64,000 nt of DNA from the IMG/VR virus record IMGVR_UViG_3300017917_002374, positions 290,960 through 354,959 of that record, one strand, 5' to 3'. Below the pieces are notes generated by a model that was given only the letters and a program-made list of their open reading frames with translations, made no database searches and was not told the DNA's origin. Below are positions 1-11,500 of this stretch, in pieces (the first letter of the stretch is position 1; each line of letters begins with the position of its first letter). A program made the position numbers and the translations under genes.

Positions 1-3
1 CCT

Positions 4-342
4 GTGACCGAGCAAAAAGATCTCATGATAAATGCTGCTAGAATGCATGCACAGCAGGAGTACGATCGTATCATGGAAGTGGTGCGTGTGTTGCAAAAAC
101 AAGCAGAAGACATTAAAAAACGCTTGGATCTGACCGATCAAGTGCATGCTGCTGCGTATCAAATGCAACTGTATCCTGGGCAAAAATATTGGTTATTTCA
201 TGATTCAAAAAAAGGCGGTACAGGACTAACCATAACTGGGCCCAAGGATTGGAGTACAGGAGTACCCGATCACTATGAATACATAACACAGATACAATGG
301 TTAGGTGATTATACTTGGAGAGAAGTTACAGAAAATGAGTAA
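4..342 (+). CDS. DUF2452-like hypothetical protein (may be 5'-truncated by the window edge)
   Basis: N-terminal coiled-coil, then YPGQKYWLF...GPKDW...WLGDYTW pattern resembling DUF2452; GTG start at the window edge. Confidence 0.55.
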   Translation: MTEQKDLMINAARMHAQQEYDRIMEVVRVLQKQAEDIKKRLDLTDQVHAAAYQMQLYPGQKYWLFHDSKKGGTGLTITGPKDWSTGVPDHYEYITQIQWLGDYTWREVTENE

Positions 343-958
343 TTGGTATAAACTGAAGCTACCACCAGTGCCAACAAAATCAAATGTGGATTTAAGAAAA
401 TTTAGTGGCACTGGTCTGTGGAACATTTATACTAATCCTTTATCAATTCTAAATGATGAACTGGTTAAAAACTTACAAGAACTAGGCGCAGAACCAGATA
501 TAATAGTAGTATTTGAATCCATAGAACAGCAGCGTACAAATTTTTTTGTACACAAAGATCTGACATGGAAACAAAATAGATGGAAAACTGTACCTTGTGC
601 TATAAATTGGGAGTTACAACCAGTTTCCACAACCGTCAGTTGGTTTGACACAAGCAATTGCAAGGAATATTGGCCAGAAGCGGATTTTTTAAATACCGAA
701 TGGCCTAGAAATTTTTTGAACAGCGTATCATATTCTGATAACATACTGAATTTTGGAATACCTAACGGAAGTGAGTTGATACAGCAGGCAGCAATAGATG
801 AAACAACACCAATTTTATTTAGAACTGATATTGCACATGGTGTTGAATTTAAATCTCGGACACTGGATAGATTTATGTTGAGTTTACGTTTTAAAAACAT
901 TTCAAGTTGGGAACATGCAGTTGAAATTTTTCGTAAAGTTATTGTTGACAGCAATTAA
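335..958 (+). CDS. putative 2OG-Fe(II) oxygenase/cupin-fold protein
   Basis: HxD (VHKD), distal H (IAHGV) and RFMLSLRF; ATG 335 overlaps the upstream stop. Confidence 0.45.
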   Translation: MSNWYKLKLPPVPTKSNVDLRKFSGTGLWNIYTNPLSILNDELVKNLQELGAEPDIIVVFESIEQQRTNFFVHKDLTWKQNRWKTVPCAINWELQPVSTTVSWFDTSNCKEYWPEADFLNTEWPRNFLNSVSYSDNILNFGIPNGSELIQQAAIDETTPILFRTDIAHGVEFKSRTLDRFMLSLRFKNISSWEHAVEIFRKVIVDSN

Positions 959-983
959 AAATATAAGTACAATAGAAGAATAC

Positions 984-1076
984 GGAAACGTGGCTGAGTG
1001 GCCGAAGGCAGCGGTTTGCTAAACCGTCGATCAGCTTAAAACTGGTCCGTGGGTTCGAATCCCACCGTTTCCGCCA
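984..1076 (+). tRNA. tRNA-Ser(GCT)
   Basis: Acceptor stem GGAAACG/CGTTTCC, loop TTGCTAA, long variable arm, GGTTCGAATCC T-arm, encoded CCA. Confidence 0.95.
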
Positions 1077-1082
1077 AACAAT

Positions 1083-1156
1083 TCCGGAGTAGTATAATGG
1101 CAGTGCGACGGTCTCCAAAACCGTTAGTGGGGGTTCGATTCCCTCCTCCGGAGCCA
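1083..1156 (+). tRNA. tRNA-Trp(CCA)
   Basis: Acceptor TCCGGAG/CTCCGGA, anticodon arm ACGGT-CTCCAAA-ACCGT, TTCGA loop, encoded CCA. Confidence 0.95.
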
Positions 1157-1162
1157 GATCAA

Positions 1163-1564
1163 ATGAAAAAAATATTTGTAAACGGTACATTTGATATTGT
1201 ACATCGCGGGCATGTTGAAATGCTTAACTATGCTCGTGGCCTAGGCGATTATCTATTGGTTGCAATTGACACAGACACTAGAGTACAGCAGCTCAAAGGC
1301 CCAACTCGTCCTGTTAACATGCTTGTAGATCGCATGTTTCTGTTAAACAATCTCAAGGCAGTGGATCGTGTGGTTAGTTTTGATTCTGACCAAGAGTTAT
1401 CTAGCATAATTAAACAGTATGCACCGGACGTTATGGTCAAGGGCAGCGATTATATAGGACGAGACATCATAGGTGCAGAGCATTGTGCAGCTATTGAATT
1501 TTATCAACTGGTAAATGGATACTCAACAACTCAAAAAATACAAGATATTGTTAATCGGCGATAA
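1163..1564 (+). CDS. cytidylyltransferase-family nucleotidyltransferase (RfaE domain II/HldC-like heptose-1-P adenylyltransferase)
   Basis: NGTFDIVHRGH (HxGH), KGPTRP, VKGSDY, YSTT motifs; ATG 1163. Confidence 0.85.
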   Translation: MKKIFVNGTFDIVHRGHVEMLNYARGLGDYLLVAIDTDTRVQQLKGPTRPVNMLVDRMFLLNNLKAVDRVVSFDSDQELSSIIKQYAPDVMVKGSDYIGRDIIGAEHCAAIEFYQLVNGYSTTQKIQDIVNRR

Positions 1565-2285
1565 TGGTGTTGATCAGTACCAATATGGTACTGTGAATCG
1601 TATCAGTCCCGAAGCGCCTGTGCCTGTGCTAGATCTTAGCCACACAGTAACCAAGCCGGGCATGGCTGCAAATGTTAGAGAAAATCTCCTAGCTCTGGGT
1701 TGTGATGTAATCTTTGAACATGGTCTTAAAACCTGTATCAAAACTCGTGTGATTGATCTGCGCAGCAAACAACAGTTGATACGCATAGATCAAGATCAAG
1801 AATCCAAACCAGTAAAAATAAATCATGCAACTCTGGACCGTTATGACGCCATTGTGATCAGCGACTATGCCAAAGGATCAGTTGATTATGCTACAGTGCA
1901 GAACATACGCTATCATTACACAGGCCCTATTTTTGTGGATACCAAGAAAACAGACATGGCCAAGTTCAGCGGTTGTATAATCAAGATCAATCAGTTAGAA
2001 TACGATAGACTGGTTACTCGGCCGGACTCGCTTACAGACATGATCGTCACGCAAGGCGATCGTGGTGCAGAATGGAATGGCCGTCTAATACCAGCAGTGC
2101 CGGTGGAAGTGGCAGATGTGTGCGGTGCAGGAGATACATTTTTAGCAGCTCTTGCATATGGATATCTTGAACACAAGGACATGGAGCTAGCCATCAAATT
2201 TGCCTTGCGGTCCAGTTCTGTAACTGTACAGCATGTGGGAGTGTATGCACCCACACTAGAAGAAATTAATCAGGAGAAATCATGA
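1515..2285 (+). CDS. PfkB-family sugar kinase (RfaE domain I/HldA-like heptose-7-P kinase)
   Basis: RISPEAPVPV, ISDYAKG, DVCGAGDTFLA motifs. Confidence 0.85.
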   Translation: MDTQQLKKYKILLIGDNGVDQYQYGTVNRISPEAPVPVLDLSHTVTKPGMAANVRENLLALGCDVIFEHGLKTCIKTRVIDLRSKQQLIRIDQDQESKPVKINHATLDRYDAIVISDYAKGSVDYATVQNIRYHYTGPIFVDTKKTDMAKFSGCIIKINQLEYDRLVTRPDSLTDMIVTQGDRGAEWNGRLIPAVPVEVADVCGAGDTFLAALAYGYLEHKDMELAIKFALRSSSVTVQHVGVYAPTLEEINQEKS

Positions 2286-2443
2286 GTGTGAAAAAAGACA
2301 GTAAGCGTGATCCGATGAAACACAAGAGTGGCAAACCACGTTTAGGCCCACTGAATCTAGAGCAGTTAAACAAACTGATGGAAACAGCCCGTCCTAAAGA
2401 ACGTGCTAAAATTCAGAATCGTATCCGGGCAATTTCACAATGA
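2282..2443 (+). CDS. small basic hypothetical protein, 53 aa (not in ORF track)
   Basis: MSVKKDSKRDPMKHKSGKPRLGPLNLEQLNKLMETARPKERAKIQNRIRAISQ; ATGA overlaps with both neighbours. Confidence 0.6.
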   Translation: MSVKKDSKRDPMKHKSGKPRLGPLNLEQLNKLMETARPKERAKIQNRIRAISQ

Positions 2444-2802
2444 CCAGACTATCAGGCAGAGTAGAGAAAGGCTGGGGCTCTGAAGAAATTTGGGCCACTA
2501 ACGACAAATACTGTGGCAAGCTCATGCACTTTAATCAAGGTGCAAAATTCAGCATGCACTTTCATGCTGTGAAAGAAGAAACTTGGTATGTGCTAAGTGG
2601 AAAGTTTGTTGTTCGCTGGATTACCACACAAGATGCTTCTGTAAAAGAAAGAGAACTAGATGCTGGTGACACCTGGCATAATCAACCATTAGTACCACAT
2701 CAGCTGATTTGCATAGAAGCAGGCACAATCATAGAAGTCAGCACTCCGGACAGTGTGGAAGACAACTACAGAGTATTACCAGGCGACAGTCAGATCAGCT
2801 AG
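2440..2802 (+). CDS. cupin-domain protein (sugar isomerase/mannose-6-P isomerase type II-like)
   Basis: KGWGSEEIW, SMHFHAVKEETWYV, H...EVST cupin motifs; ends in TAG. Confidence 0.75.
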   Translation: MTRLSGRVEKGWGSEEIWATNDKYCGKLMHFNQGAKFSMHFHAVKEETWYVLSGKFVVRWITTQDASVKERELDAGDTWHNQPLVPHQLICIEAGTIIEVSTPDSVEDNYRVLPGDSQIS

Positions 2803-3457
2803 CACTATAACGAACATTGCGGTCATCAAGATAACGTTTTTTTACTTGCTCGTATTCTGGATTTGACGGCAACAGTTCGTTTTCATAAAAAACGTCCTTG
2901 GCCCAGTGCGATTTGATATACTCAATTGTATCGGGATTCTGACATAGAACACCCAACCCGCCAGAATGCAGAAATCTAATTTTTGGTTGAGGTATGCTAA
3001 AAAACACCTGTTCAACTTCAGGAAAGCTCGTAACATCGTGCATGAGTAGCACGGTGTTTTCGTGAAAAAATCTACTCCAATTCACAATATCGTGTGTGAC
3101 TGCTTGTGCTGTGTGTAATCCGTCTAGATGCAAAAGATCAATCGGAGAAAACCATAAGGCACATGCAGCGTCAAAGGTGTTTTTCACTAGTTGTACATTA
3201 TCAAACTTATGCTTGATTTTAAAATCAAGTACTCTTTGATATAAGCCTTGATCACGTGCGCCTGCATGAATATCACCTTCAAAAGTATCAATTCCAAACA
3301 CTTGCCCAGGATTGTTTTCGGCTAGACAGAAACAACTGTACCCATTGTCTACTCCTAGTTCAACAGTGATTTTTGGCTGTAAATATTGCACAAGCCATTG
3401 TGCAAATCCGCGGTGCCCTTTCCAGGCGCTGTCTAATTCATCTATGTTGTGGTTCAT
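2795..3457 (-). CDS. class I SAM-dependent methyltransferase (Methyltransf_24-like)
   Basis: VELGVDNGYS motif I, GIDTF, IDLLHLDGLH, LMHD. Confidence 0.8.
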   Translation of the reverse strand: MNHNIDELDSAWKGHRGFAQWLVQYLQPKITVELGVDNGYSCFCLAENNPGQVFGIDTFEGDIHAGARDQGLYQRVLDFKIKHKFDNVQLVKNTFDAACALWFSPIDLLHLDGLHTAQAVTHDIVNWSRFFHENTVLLMHDVTSFPEVEQVFFSIPQPKIRFLHSGGLGVLCQNPDTIEYIKSHWAKDVFYENELLPSNPEYEQVKKRYLDDRNVRYSAS

Positions 3458-3461
3458 GATC

Positions 3462-3469
3462 TATTTATA
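3462..3469 (-). promoter_or_regulatory. T4-type late promoter box TATAAATA
   Basis: Exact TATAAATA on the minus strand, 4 nt before the ATG at 3457. Confidence 0.55.
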
Positions 3470-3504
3470 AGCTGTTTTTGGGACAAGATGAATACTATGT
3501 TTTC

Positions 3505-3512
3505 CATAAATA
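3505..3512 (+). promoter_or_regulatory. late promoter-like box CATAAATA
   Basis: Upstream of the tail gene block starting at 3537; the same TAAATA core recurs before other structural genes. Confidence 0.5.
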
Positions 3513-3536
3513 TAGAATAATACGGACAGCAGATCT

Positions 3537-4034
3537 ATGCAAACAATTGAAGTTTTTTGGTATAAAAATATTCTGGAAGTGCAGATTATAGATCCTGCTA
3601 TTTTTACCACAAGGAACAGGATCGTGTACAGTAGAACCATCAAAGTCTATCAGGGTATAGACAATCCCATACATGTTGTGACTAAAAATCAAGATCAAAA
3701 GCAGGTGGATTTAACTGGATATGATTTACAAGTGGACATACAGGATCCAGAAAATGAAATAACTGTGGAAACTTTCACAGTGAATTTTGTGGTACAAAAC
3801 AAAGGGCTAGGCACTTTTACTATACCTGCAGGCATAGTTAACGGACTAGATCAAAGACACTATGAACTGACAGTTAAGCTGATCAACATTAGCTCAGCAG
3901 ATGAAACTCCATTGTATATAGACGATAACTACGGACTTAGAGTACCACTACAAGTGCTCAGCGGATTTTATTCAAATACTCCGGTTGGCTCCACCAACAT
4001 TGAAGGTGTTATTGATGCAGGATTGCTAGGATGA
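3537..4034 (+). CDS. virion structural protein, BppU-like Ig-fold (baseplate/fibre attachment)
   Basis: Beta-rich, VYQGIDNPI...NQDQKQVDLTG pattern; first gene of the fibre cluster. Confidence 0.45.
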   Translation: MQTIEVFWYKNILEVQIIDPAIFTTRNRIVYSRTIKVYQGIDNPIHVVTKNQDQKQVDLTGYDLQVDIQDPENEITVETFTVNFVVQNKGLGTFTIPAGIVNGLDQRHYELTVKLINISSADETPLYIDDNYGLRVPLQVLSGFYSNTPVGSTNIEGVIDAGLLG

Positions 4035-7000
4035 CCACAGCTAATATAAAAATAACCAAGGTATTGTTGGGCAGAGGTAACACAGCAATCAGTGCCAACT
4101 ATACTGGAGTAATGGGCGAAGTGACCATGGACACTACGCTTAAAACTCTGCGAGTGCATGATGGTGTGATTGTGGGCGGAACCAGACTGGCCACCTATGC
4201 TGAATTGTCTAATGTGGCTCTTGGCAATGTTGATCTTTCAGGGTATGCCACTACATCGCAGATCACAGCAGCCAATGCTGCAATCTCAGCACTACAAAGC
4301 AATGCCGCTGCACAAGCAGTCACACTGAACACACTGTTGGGTAATGCAGTTAGTCAACAGACTACCTTGATTGATCTCATTGCCAACGCCACAACACAAG
4401 CACAACAACTGGCAAACACTGGTAGCACCTATAGCAATGCAAATGTAAAAAGTTATCTTGCAGCGTTTGATGGCAATATCTTGCCCTCGGCCAATGTCGT
4501 ATACAGTTTAGGTAGTGCAACACAGCAATGGAAAGATCTATGGGTCAGTAATGCCACAATATATTTAAACTCAGTACCATTAGGACTGGACGCCACAGGC
4601 AATTTGACCTTTGATGGCAATCCATTGGTCAGTTATATCAATGGCAATTTGAGCGTTGGCGGCAACAATGTAAACATCAACGGTATAAGTGCTGGTCAAG
4701 TGGTTGCCGGCAATTTGATTCTGACACTTACAGATACCACAACAATTGATGTTGGCACTGTGGTTGGACCCGCAGGTGCTACTGGAGCACCTGGTGCAGC
4801 CGGTGCCACTGGACCACAAGGACCACAAGGCAATGCCGGTGCCACTGGACCACAAGGCATACAGGGCAACACAGGTGCCGCTGGACCAACTGGACCACAA
4901 GGTATACAGGGCAACACAGGACCTACTGGGCCTCAAGGCATACAGGGCAACACAGGCGCACAAGGACCACAAGGCATACAAGGTCCGGCTGGTGCCACGG
5001 GCGCACAGGGTATCAGTGTTACACTGGTTGGCAATGTGGCTACCAGTGGCAACCTACCGCTAACAGGTAATGCAGGCGAAGCATACATTGTTACTAGCAG
5101 TGGTAATCTATTTTTCTGGAACAGCAATTTAAGTGTTTGGGCAGATATTGGTCCTATCGTAGGGCCACAAGGCGAAGCTGGTCCACAAGGACCCACTGGT
5201 GCCACAGGGCCACAAGGTGAAACTGGACCTGCAGGGCCAACTGGCCCACAGGGCATACAGGGCAATGTTGGGCCACAAGGCCCACAGGGTATTCAAGGCA
5301 ATACCGGACCCACTGGTGCCACAGGACCGCAAGGCGCACAAGGACCTGCAGGCAATACCATTGTGGGATGGAGTGTGGATGTAAACAACCACCTGGTTCC
5401 TAACACAGACAACCTACAAGACCTAGGCACACCTACCAGCAGAGTTAGACACATTTATGTAGGCCCAGGCTCTATCACAGTGGGCAGTTCAGTGATCACG
5501 GAATCGGCCACAGGCAAACTGGTGTTGCCTGGGGTGACCAGAGGCGTAAGCTACACCATTGATGAAGTGGAAGAAAAAGGCGATCAGAATCATGTGTTCA
5601 ACGCACCGCCTGTGATTGTTGATGGCGGGCACTTTGCTGTGCTACAGGGAGTGATTGCACCACCTGGCGGATACCAGGCACCTGAATACAGTGTGGATCA
5701 ACTGAATGATGACGGTGAGATTGATGGTATTACCATAGACAGTGCTGGTGCTGGTATTGACCAAGCTGTGGCTGCCAAGATGCGTGAATTCATGCGAGCC
5801 TATGTGGGCAATGATCCGGATCCTATCACAAACTTTAATGCTTCGGACTGGATACAGATTCCGTTCACAGTGAGTACAGAAGCTGCGGATGTCGAGTACG
5901 AAAACGCAGGTGCAGACCTAGGTGACTTCTCCATAGATGGCAGTGTACTGGAAGCAGACGAAGCCACAATCAGAACCAACGATGGCGACCTGACACTGGA
6001 ATCAGACAGTGATGTGTTTGTAAAATCTTCTGGTGGCACTCACATGTGGGAATTTAGCACCAATGGCCGGCTGTATCTTCCTGCCACTGGCACAATAGAA
6101 TTTCCAGACGGGTCCATACAAATCACTGCCAACGCAGGCGGGGGTGGTGGCGGCAACATAGCCGGGCTTACCAGCTCTGTGGGCAATCAAGAAGCATCTC
6201 ACGGATCAACTGTTTACAGCTTGACTCTTAACAGTGGCAACGATGACAATGCTATAATCCAGCTATATAAAGGCACCGGAAACGACAATCCAGCCATATC
6301 AATTGGACAGGAAATTGGCGGGTTCCACCAGGCCAATGTTGTGGCAATTGGTAACTACGATGTTGGGTACAACTCTCTACCAGGAGGCGTGTACATTGGC
6401 TATGGAGCAGGCTACAACAATGTAGAAAGCCCGCAAGGTTTACATGCCATTGCTATTGGATCCAAGGCAGCTTATACCTTTGCCACAAACAACAGTATCA
6501 CACTCAATGCAACTGGTAACGATTTAACCCCAGATGAATCAGGTTTGTTTATCAAACCAATTCGCGAAGAACAGTATGATGATGCTATCTTATATTATAA
6601 TGTACAGAGCGGAGAAGTAACCTATGCAGCTAATCCTGGCAGCGGAGCCTCAATAGGTAGCACTGCACCAACCGCAATAAATGGTCGTTTGTGGTACAAC
6701 ACTGAAGATGGCCGTACCTATGTGTATGCCTTGGACACCTGGATTGATGCCAATCCCCCAGTGGTTCCGGGCAACATGGTTGGCTATGGTCAGGATGGTA
6801 ACATCACACTCAACGAAGATGCCAGAATCAACTATGCCAATGGTGCAAGCATAATAAACAGCGTTTACGGTGATGAACAAGTAGCAGAATTCTTGAGTGC
6901 GTACACTGGTAACATTGGTAAAATAGGTTCTGATCCGCTGGCTATCACAGCCGCTAACATTAGATTGACCAGCGACAATGAAACCTGGGCCTTTAGCTCA

Positions 7001-8308
7001 ACAGGCAATATCGTATTCCCTGACGGAACCCAACAGGCCACTGCCTACACAGGCGGAGATGGCGGCAGCAGCTATGGCAATGTAGAACTAGCAGCCTTTA
7101 TGAGCGACTATCAAGGTAATATCTATATCAACAGCGAAGGCAGTGGCTTGATTATAGATGCCGCAGGTGATCGTCGTGTAGGCTTTATGAAATACTTTGG
7201 CATTGAAGCCGGCTTTGTTCATGCCAATGGCCCAACAAAATCCATTCCATTCCGTATTGGGCGAGTGGCTGCGGATGATATCACACAGGCAAACAGTTCA
7301 GTATTCACAACAGAAATCTTTATCAGCAATGTTGGCAAGATTGGTATTCACAATACCACCCCTGCATACGATTTAGATCTAACTGGAAACGCTAGAGTAA
7401 GTGGTAGCCTCCTAATAGGCACCAACTCAACAATCAGCAACGATGGTGAGTTCAGACTCTGGGCAACAGACACAGACATCACGGTGTATCGCAATGGTCA
7501 AGATGGCTACGGCGTCAAAGCCGGAAACATTGAAACCTATACTGACAATGTTCTAAGAACCGTAACCAATAGCCAGGGCTTTGAACTCAAGACTGGTAAC
7601 ATAACTATCCCCAACGACAAAGGAGTGGTGTTTGCTAACGGTGTGAACATACTCAGCACCATTGTTGGAATAACCAGCATCAACACATCAGTTACAACCA
7701 GCTCCATCAACGATGAAAGTGGAGATTTCAGCTATGGCTCATTGTCATACGACTACGCGGTAAACGGTGTCACATCTGGTGGGTTCACCATAGACTACTC
7801 TGCTCCGCTGGTACATGGCAATGTGGATGTGAATGTTGGCAATGTGATTGCCACCAATATCAGTGTCAGTGGCAACCTAACTGTTGATAACACATTGGTA
7901 AACAGAGTGTATTTGCTTGAAGCCTATGCCAGTGTGACCTACACCTTGCCAGGTAGTTTCACTGAAGATGTGTGTAGATACAGCGTTGTGAGTAATGCCG
8001 TCAATGTACCAAGTGCGTGGTTCAACACCTCAACTTATACATTCACACCTCTAAAGGCTGGCTACTGGGAAATTACCGCCGCTTATGATGTTTATAGAAA
8101 TGCTGAAGCAAGTATGGTGATTAAGAAAAATACCACGATTGTGGCTTCAGCTGGCAGTTTCAATGCAGTGGCCCAACAGGTAACAAAAATCATCTATCTA
8201 AATGGTTCAACTGATTATGTACAAATTTACAATTTTGGTGGGGCCGCACTAGAAAGATCACAATATGATGGCAGGTCTTGGTTCCAGGCACGATGGGTAG
8301 GCGCATGA
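4031..8308 (+). CDS. tail fibre protein with Mtd_N-like N-terminus, collagen repeats and a C-terminal C1q-like beta domain
   Basis: LGRGNT...[17 protein letters not shown]; G-X-Y repeats; IEFPDGS trimer-junction motifs; 1425 aa. Confidence 0.8.
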   Translation: MTTANIKITKVLLGRGNTAISANYTGVMGEVTMDTTLKTLRVHDGVIVGGTRLATYAELSNVALGNVDLSGYATTSQITAANAAISALQSNAAAQAVTLNTLLGNAVSQQTTLIDLIANATTQAQQLANTGSTYSNANVKSYLAAFDGNILPSANVVYSLGSATQQWKDLWVSNATIYLNSVPLGLDATGNLTFDGNPLVSYINGNLSVGGNNVNINGISAGQVVAGNLILTLTDTTTIDVGTVVGPAGATGAPGAAGATGPQGPQGNAGATGPQGIQGNTGAAGPTGPQGIQGNTGPTGPQGIQGNTGAQGPQGIQGPAGATGAQGISVTLVGNVATSGNLPLTGNAGEAYIVTSSGNLFFWNSNLSVWADIGPIVGPQGEAGPQGPTGATGPQGETGPAGPTGPQGIQGNVGPQGPQGIQGNTGPTGATGPQGAQGPAGNTIVGWSVDVNNHLVPNTDNLQDLGTPTSRVRHIYVGPGSITVGSSVITESATGKLVLPGVTRGVSYTIDEVEEKGDQNHVFNAPPVIVDGGHFAVLQGVIAPPGGYQAPEYSVDQLNDDGEIDGITIDSAGAGIDQAVAAKMREFMRAYVGNDPDPITNFNASDWIQIPFTVSTEAADVEYENAGADLGDFSIDGSVLEADEATIRTNDGDLTLESDSDVFVKSSGGTHMWEFSTNGRLYLPATGTIEFPDGSIQITANAGGGGGGNIAGLTSSVGNQEASHGSTVYSLTLNSGNDDNAIIQLYKGTGNDNPAISIGQEIGGFHQANVVAIGNYDVGYNSLPGGVYIGYGAGYNNVESPQGLHAIAIGSKAAYTFATNNSITLNATGNDLTPDESGLFIKPIREEQYDDAILYYNVQSGEVTYAANPGSGASIGSTAPTAINGRLWYNTEDGRTYVYALDTWIDANPPVVPGNMVGYGQDGNITLNEDARINYANGASIINSVYGDEQVAEFLSAYTGNIGKIGSDPLAITAANIRLTSDNETWAFSSTGNIVFPDGTQQATAYTGGDGGSSYGNVELAAFMSDYQGNIYINSEGSGLIIDAAGDRRVGFMKYFGIEAGFVHANGPTKSIPFRIGRVAADDITQANSSVFTTEIFISNVGKIGIHNTTPAYDLDLTGNARVSGSLLIGTNSTISNDGEFRLWATDTDITVYRNGQDGYGVKAGNIETYTDNVLRTVTNSQGFELKTGNITIPNDKGVVFANGVNILSTIVGITSINTSVTTSSINDESGDFSYGSLSYDYAVNGVTSGGFTIDYSAPLVHGNVDVNVGNVIATNISVSGNLTVDNTLVNRVYLLEAYASVTYTLPGSFTEDVCRYSVVSNAVNVPSAWFNTSTYTFTPLKAGYWEITAAYDVYRNAEASMVIKKNTTIVASAGSFNAVAQQVTKIIYLNGSTDYVQIYNFGGAALERSQYDGRSWFQARWVGA
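4763..5359 (+). repeat. two collagen-like (Gly-X-Y)n blocks
   Basis: [12 protein letters not shown]-type triplets at about 4763-5013 and 5162-5359. Confidence 0.9.
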
Positions 8309-8339
8309 TCACGGTAAATATGAAAATAGGATACAACAA

Positions 8340-8540
8340 ATGATATATTTTCCAACAGCACCCACACTAGGACAACGATATGTAGGCATTAACGGCGTTA
8401 CATATACCTGGATGGGCACACATTGGAATGGTGCTCTGGCACTACAACAAGGCACAGCAGAACACTATGTGGACGGCGGTGACGCTGATTTTGAATACGA
8501 TCCACTGCGTGACGGATTATTAGATGGCGGAACAGCCTAA
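8340..8540 (+). CDS. small fibre-associated protein
   Basis: MIYFPTAPTLGQRY...TYTW and DGG motifs; lies between fibre genes. Confidence 0.6.
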   Translation: MIYFPTAPTLGQRYVGINGVTYTWMGTHWNGALALQQGTAEHYVDGGDADFEYDPLRDGLLDGGTA

Positions 8541-8549
8541 GGAAAAACC

Positions 8550-11500
8550 ATGACAACAAGAATCAAATTTAGAAGAGACACAGCGGCAAACTGGACAGCA
8601 GAAAATCCTGTGTTGGCCTTGGGCGAGCCAGGTTTTGAACAGGACACTAATAAATTAAAAATTGGCGATGGCGAAACTGCCTGGTCTGGTTTAGACTATG
8701 CCAGTGGCGGCAGTGACAGTCTCACAAGTGATCACAACATAGCCATCACAGTGGGCAACACAGAATACTTTGCCATTGTGAATCGTACCAATCCAGACGG
8801 TGACAATGGTGTGGATGCTTCAGCAGTGGCCTATGACAGCGAAGGCAATTTAATTACGCTGCATGTGAGTGAAACATACAACACTGTGACTGATGACAAC
8901 ATTGATCAGCTGATCATCAGCAAGTTCAGCAGTACAGGTGCAACACTGTGGCAAAAAGAAATTGACCAAGATATAGATCCAGACACTGTGCATGATGTGG
9001 CCATAGACGCAGATGACAATATCATTGTGGCTGCTAGTGTGGACAATGGCGAAGATTCTGACAGCATTGTGTTGATAAAAATGAACAGCAGCGGCACAGT
9101 GCTGTGGCAGAAAAACTATCAAGGCGGTGCTGATACCTTTTTAGAAGTGGGCGCGATTGCAATCAATGGTGACCATGTGTTTGTATCAGGCTACTACAAC
9201 GATGACACCATAGCAGGAGACGACAGTGGATATCTAATGAAAGTGTTGGTGTCAAACGGCTCAATGATCTGGGCCAAGAGCTTTGACACTGGTGCCAGCT
9301 TTACTAAAATGTTTGGCATGGATGTGGGTGCAGATGGACATCCTGTGATGGTGGGCACTGGCGGAACTGTGGGACCTAATGGTGCTGCGGTGATCAAACT
9401 CAGCGGTACCAATGGTGATGTGCTCTGGGGAGCTACACTGTTTGACAGCGAGAATCTTGACATAGAATACAACGGCGGCGATGTGGTAGTGGACAGTCAG
9501 AACAATGTGTATGTGAGTGTGAACACTTATCAAGACATTGTGCATGATGATGGTAATAACACAGGCGTGACTATTGCTTATGTGAGCAAGATCAACAGCT
9601 CAGGCACAAGACAGTGGACACGCAGAATTGGCCCAGGGCCCTGTGCCAGTGTGGCCACAGGCATAGACTGCGACGACTCGGGCAATGTGTATCTCAGTGC
9701 GTTGACTGTGGCTCAAAAGAACCCAAATCGTGAAGCGAATAACTATTATGACACCGCTATCAATGTGCTGGCCATGGCCAAGTATTCCACAGCAGGCGCA
9801 GTGCTATGGCAGCGTTACATTGAATGCGACGGTTACTGGTTCGATGCATCTTCAGACGAAACTGGCGCTCCTCCGGGTTTTTATAACAATGGCCTCAACA
9901 GAGGTCGTAATCTCAGCCTAGGACCCAATGGCAAATTGGCAGTACAGGTGAGTGTGCGTAAGAAAGACGCAGACGACAATGTTTGGGACAGTAACTACAA
10001 CGAAAGTGTGACATTCCAGATTGATCAGGATGGTCGCGAAATGACCGTGGGGTCGGGCAGTGAAAAGTTCGCTGTAAAGGCCAGCCGTATCCCTGGCAAG
10101 TTTATCGCCCCAGACTACACATTGGCCGACCTAGAAGCAAATCCGTTGCCTATCAGTTCTGTTACCAATGACATCACAGTAACCACTTCTGCGGTGACAT
10201 TTTCAGATGGCATACTTGCACAGCAGGTGGCCAAGAGTGCGCCCTATGAGTATGTGTTTGGCAACGATGGCACACTGACCATTCCCAACGACGGTGATCT
10301 AAAACTGGTTCAAACACAGTTGGGCTGGATCTCTATATTTGGTCCAATCAAGAACAATGATGACAACATAGACATTCGTGCCAGCGTAGTAGATCCTGCA
10401 GATGGTTCAGTGTATGCTGTAGGCGAAAGCGATGACTACAGTACTGGATTTCTCACTCGTTACAACAGTGCAGGACAACTGCTGTGGAGCATTCGCTTCT
10501 CAGACAATACTGATGGCTACAACAACAGAGCCAATGCTGTGCGCATACATCCAGTATCAGGCAATGTGATGGTGCTGTTGGAATACTACGGCAGCTATGA
10601 TTATACGCTGATTGTGGAAGTGGATCCAGACACTGCCAAGGTTGTGAACAGTTTTGGCATACGCGATCTAGGAGACAGCGGCGATGCTCTGGCCTATGAC
10701 TTTGCGTTTACTTCTTCTGCCAATGTGGCCATTGTGGGTCGCAAGTGGGATGAGTGGAGACAGCAGTCTGTAACGCCATTGGTGAGCAGCACCACAGACT
10801 TCTTGGTGTTTAACGCATCAGACATTCAAGGCGATGCCATAACCAACAGTTTTTATGTGAGCGGCACAGGCATTGAGGGTAGATACAATGTGGCGCAGGT
10901 GAACCGTCATGAAGGGCTCACCGGCAATACTTCAGGCTCAGGCAGCAGCTTTGTGTTTGGCATCTACAAGAACAGCAGCGACTCAACCAACTACAATCAA
11001 AGCAGTTATTTCATAACCACCGCAGGCAACAACTATCAAATCAACGACACTATCACGGTGTTGGGCACTGAGTTATATGGCAACACTCCTGCTAACGATT
11101 TGACCGTGACTGTGACCAATGTGGACGGCAGCGGTGGTGTTACTGCCATTGATCTAGCAGGCACACAGCAGAACAGCACAATCAATGTATGGACCAATGG
11201 CCTGGGTGTGAACTTTGGTGGTGTGGGTTCCTGGACCATAGACAACAATCTCAGTGGCGAAGCCTATGTGCTGTCAGCCAACACCGCGGCCAATGCCACA
11301 GTGAGCTGGAGCAAACTGTTGAGTGCGGGTAGTAACAATGACACAGAACGCTATTTCAGTGTGGTAGTAGGCGCAGACAACAGCATCTATGCCGCGGGCG
11401 AAATGATTTCAAGACATGATGCAGCTGGCGGCGATCTAAACAGCTATTGGTGTGCAGTGATCAGCAAGTTTGACAGCGCAGGCAACCATCAATGGACCAA

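Noticed and set aside
939-1190. ORF-track ORFs overlapping tRNAs (939-1190, the 5' part of 1049-1564, 25648-25931, the 5' parts of 25743 and 26564, 26861-27061, 27297-27491)
   Set aside because: They are translations of tRNA sequence; the real starts are downstream (1163, 25857, 26690).
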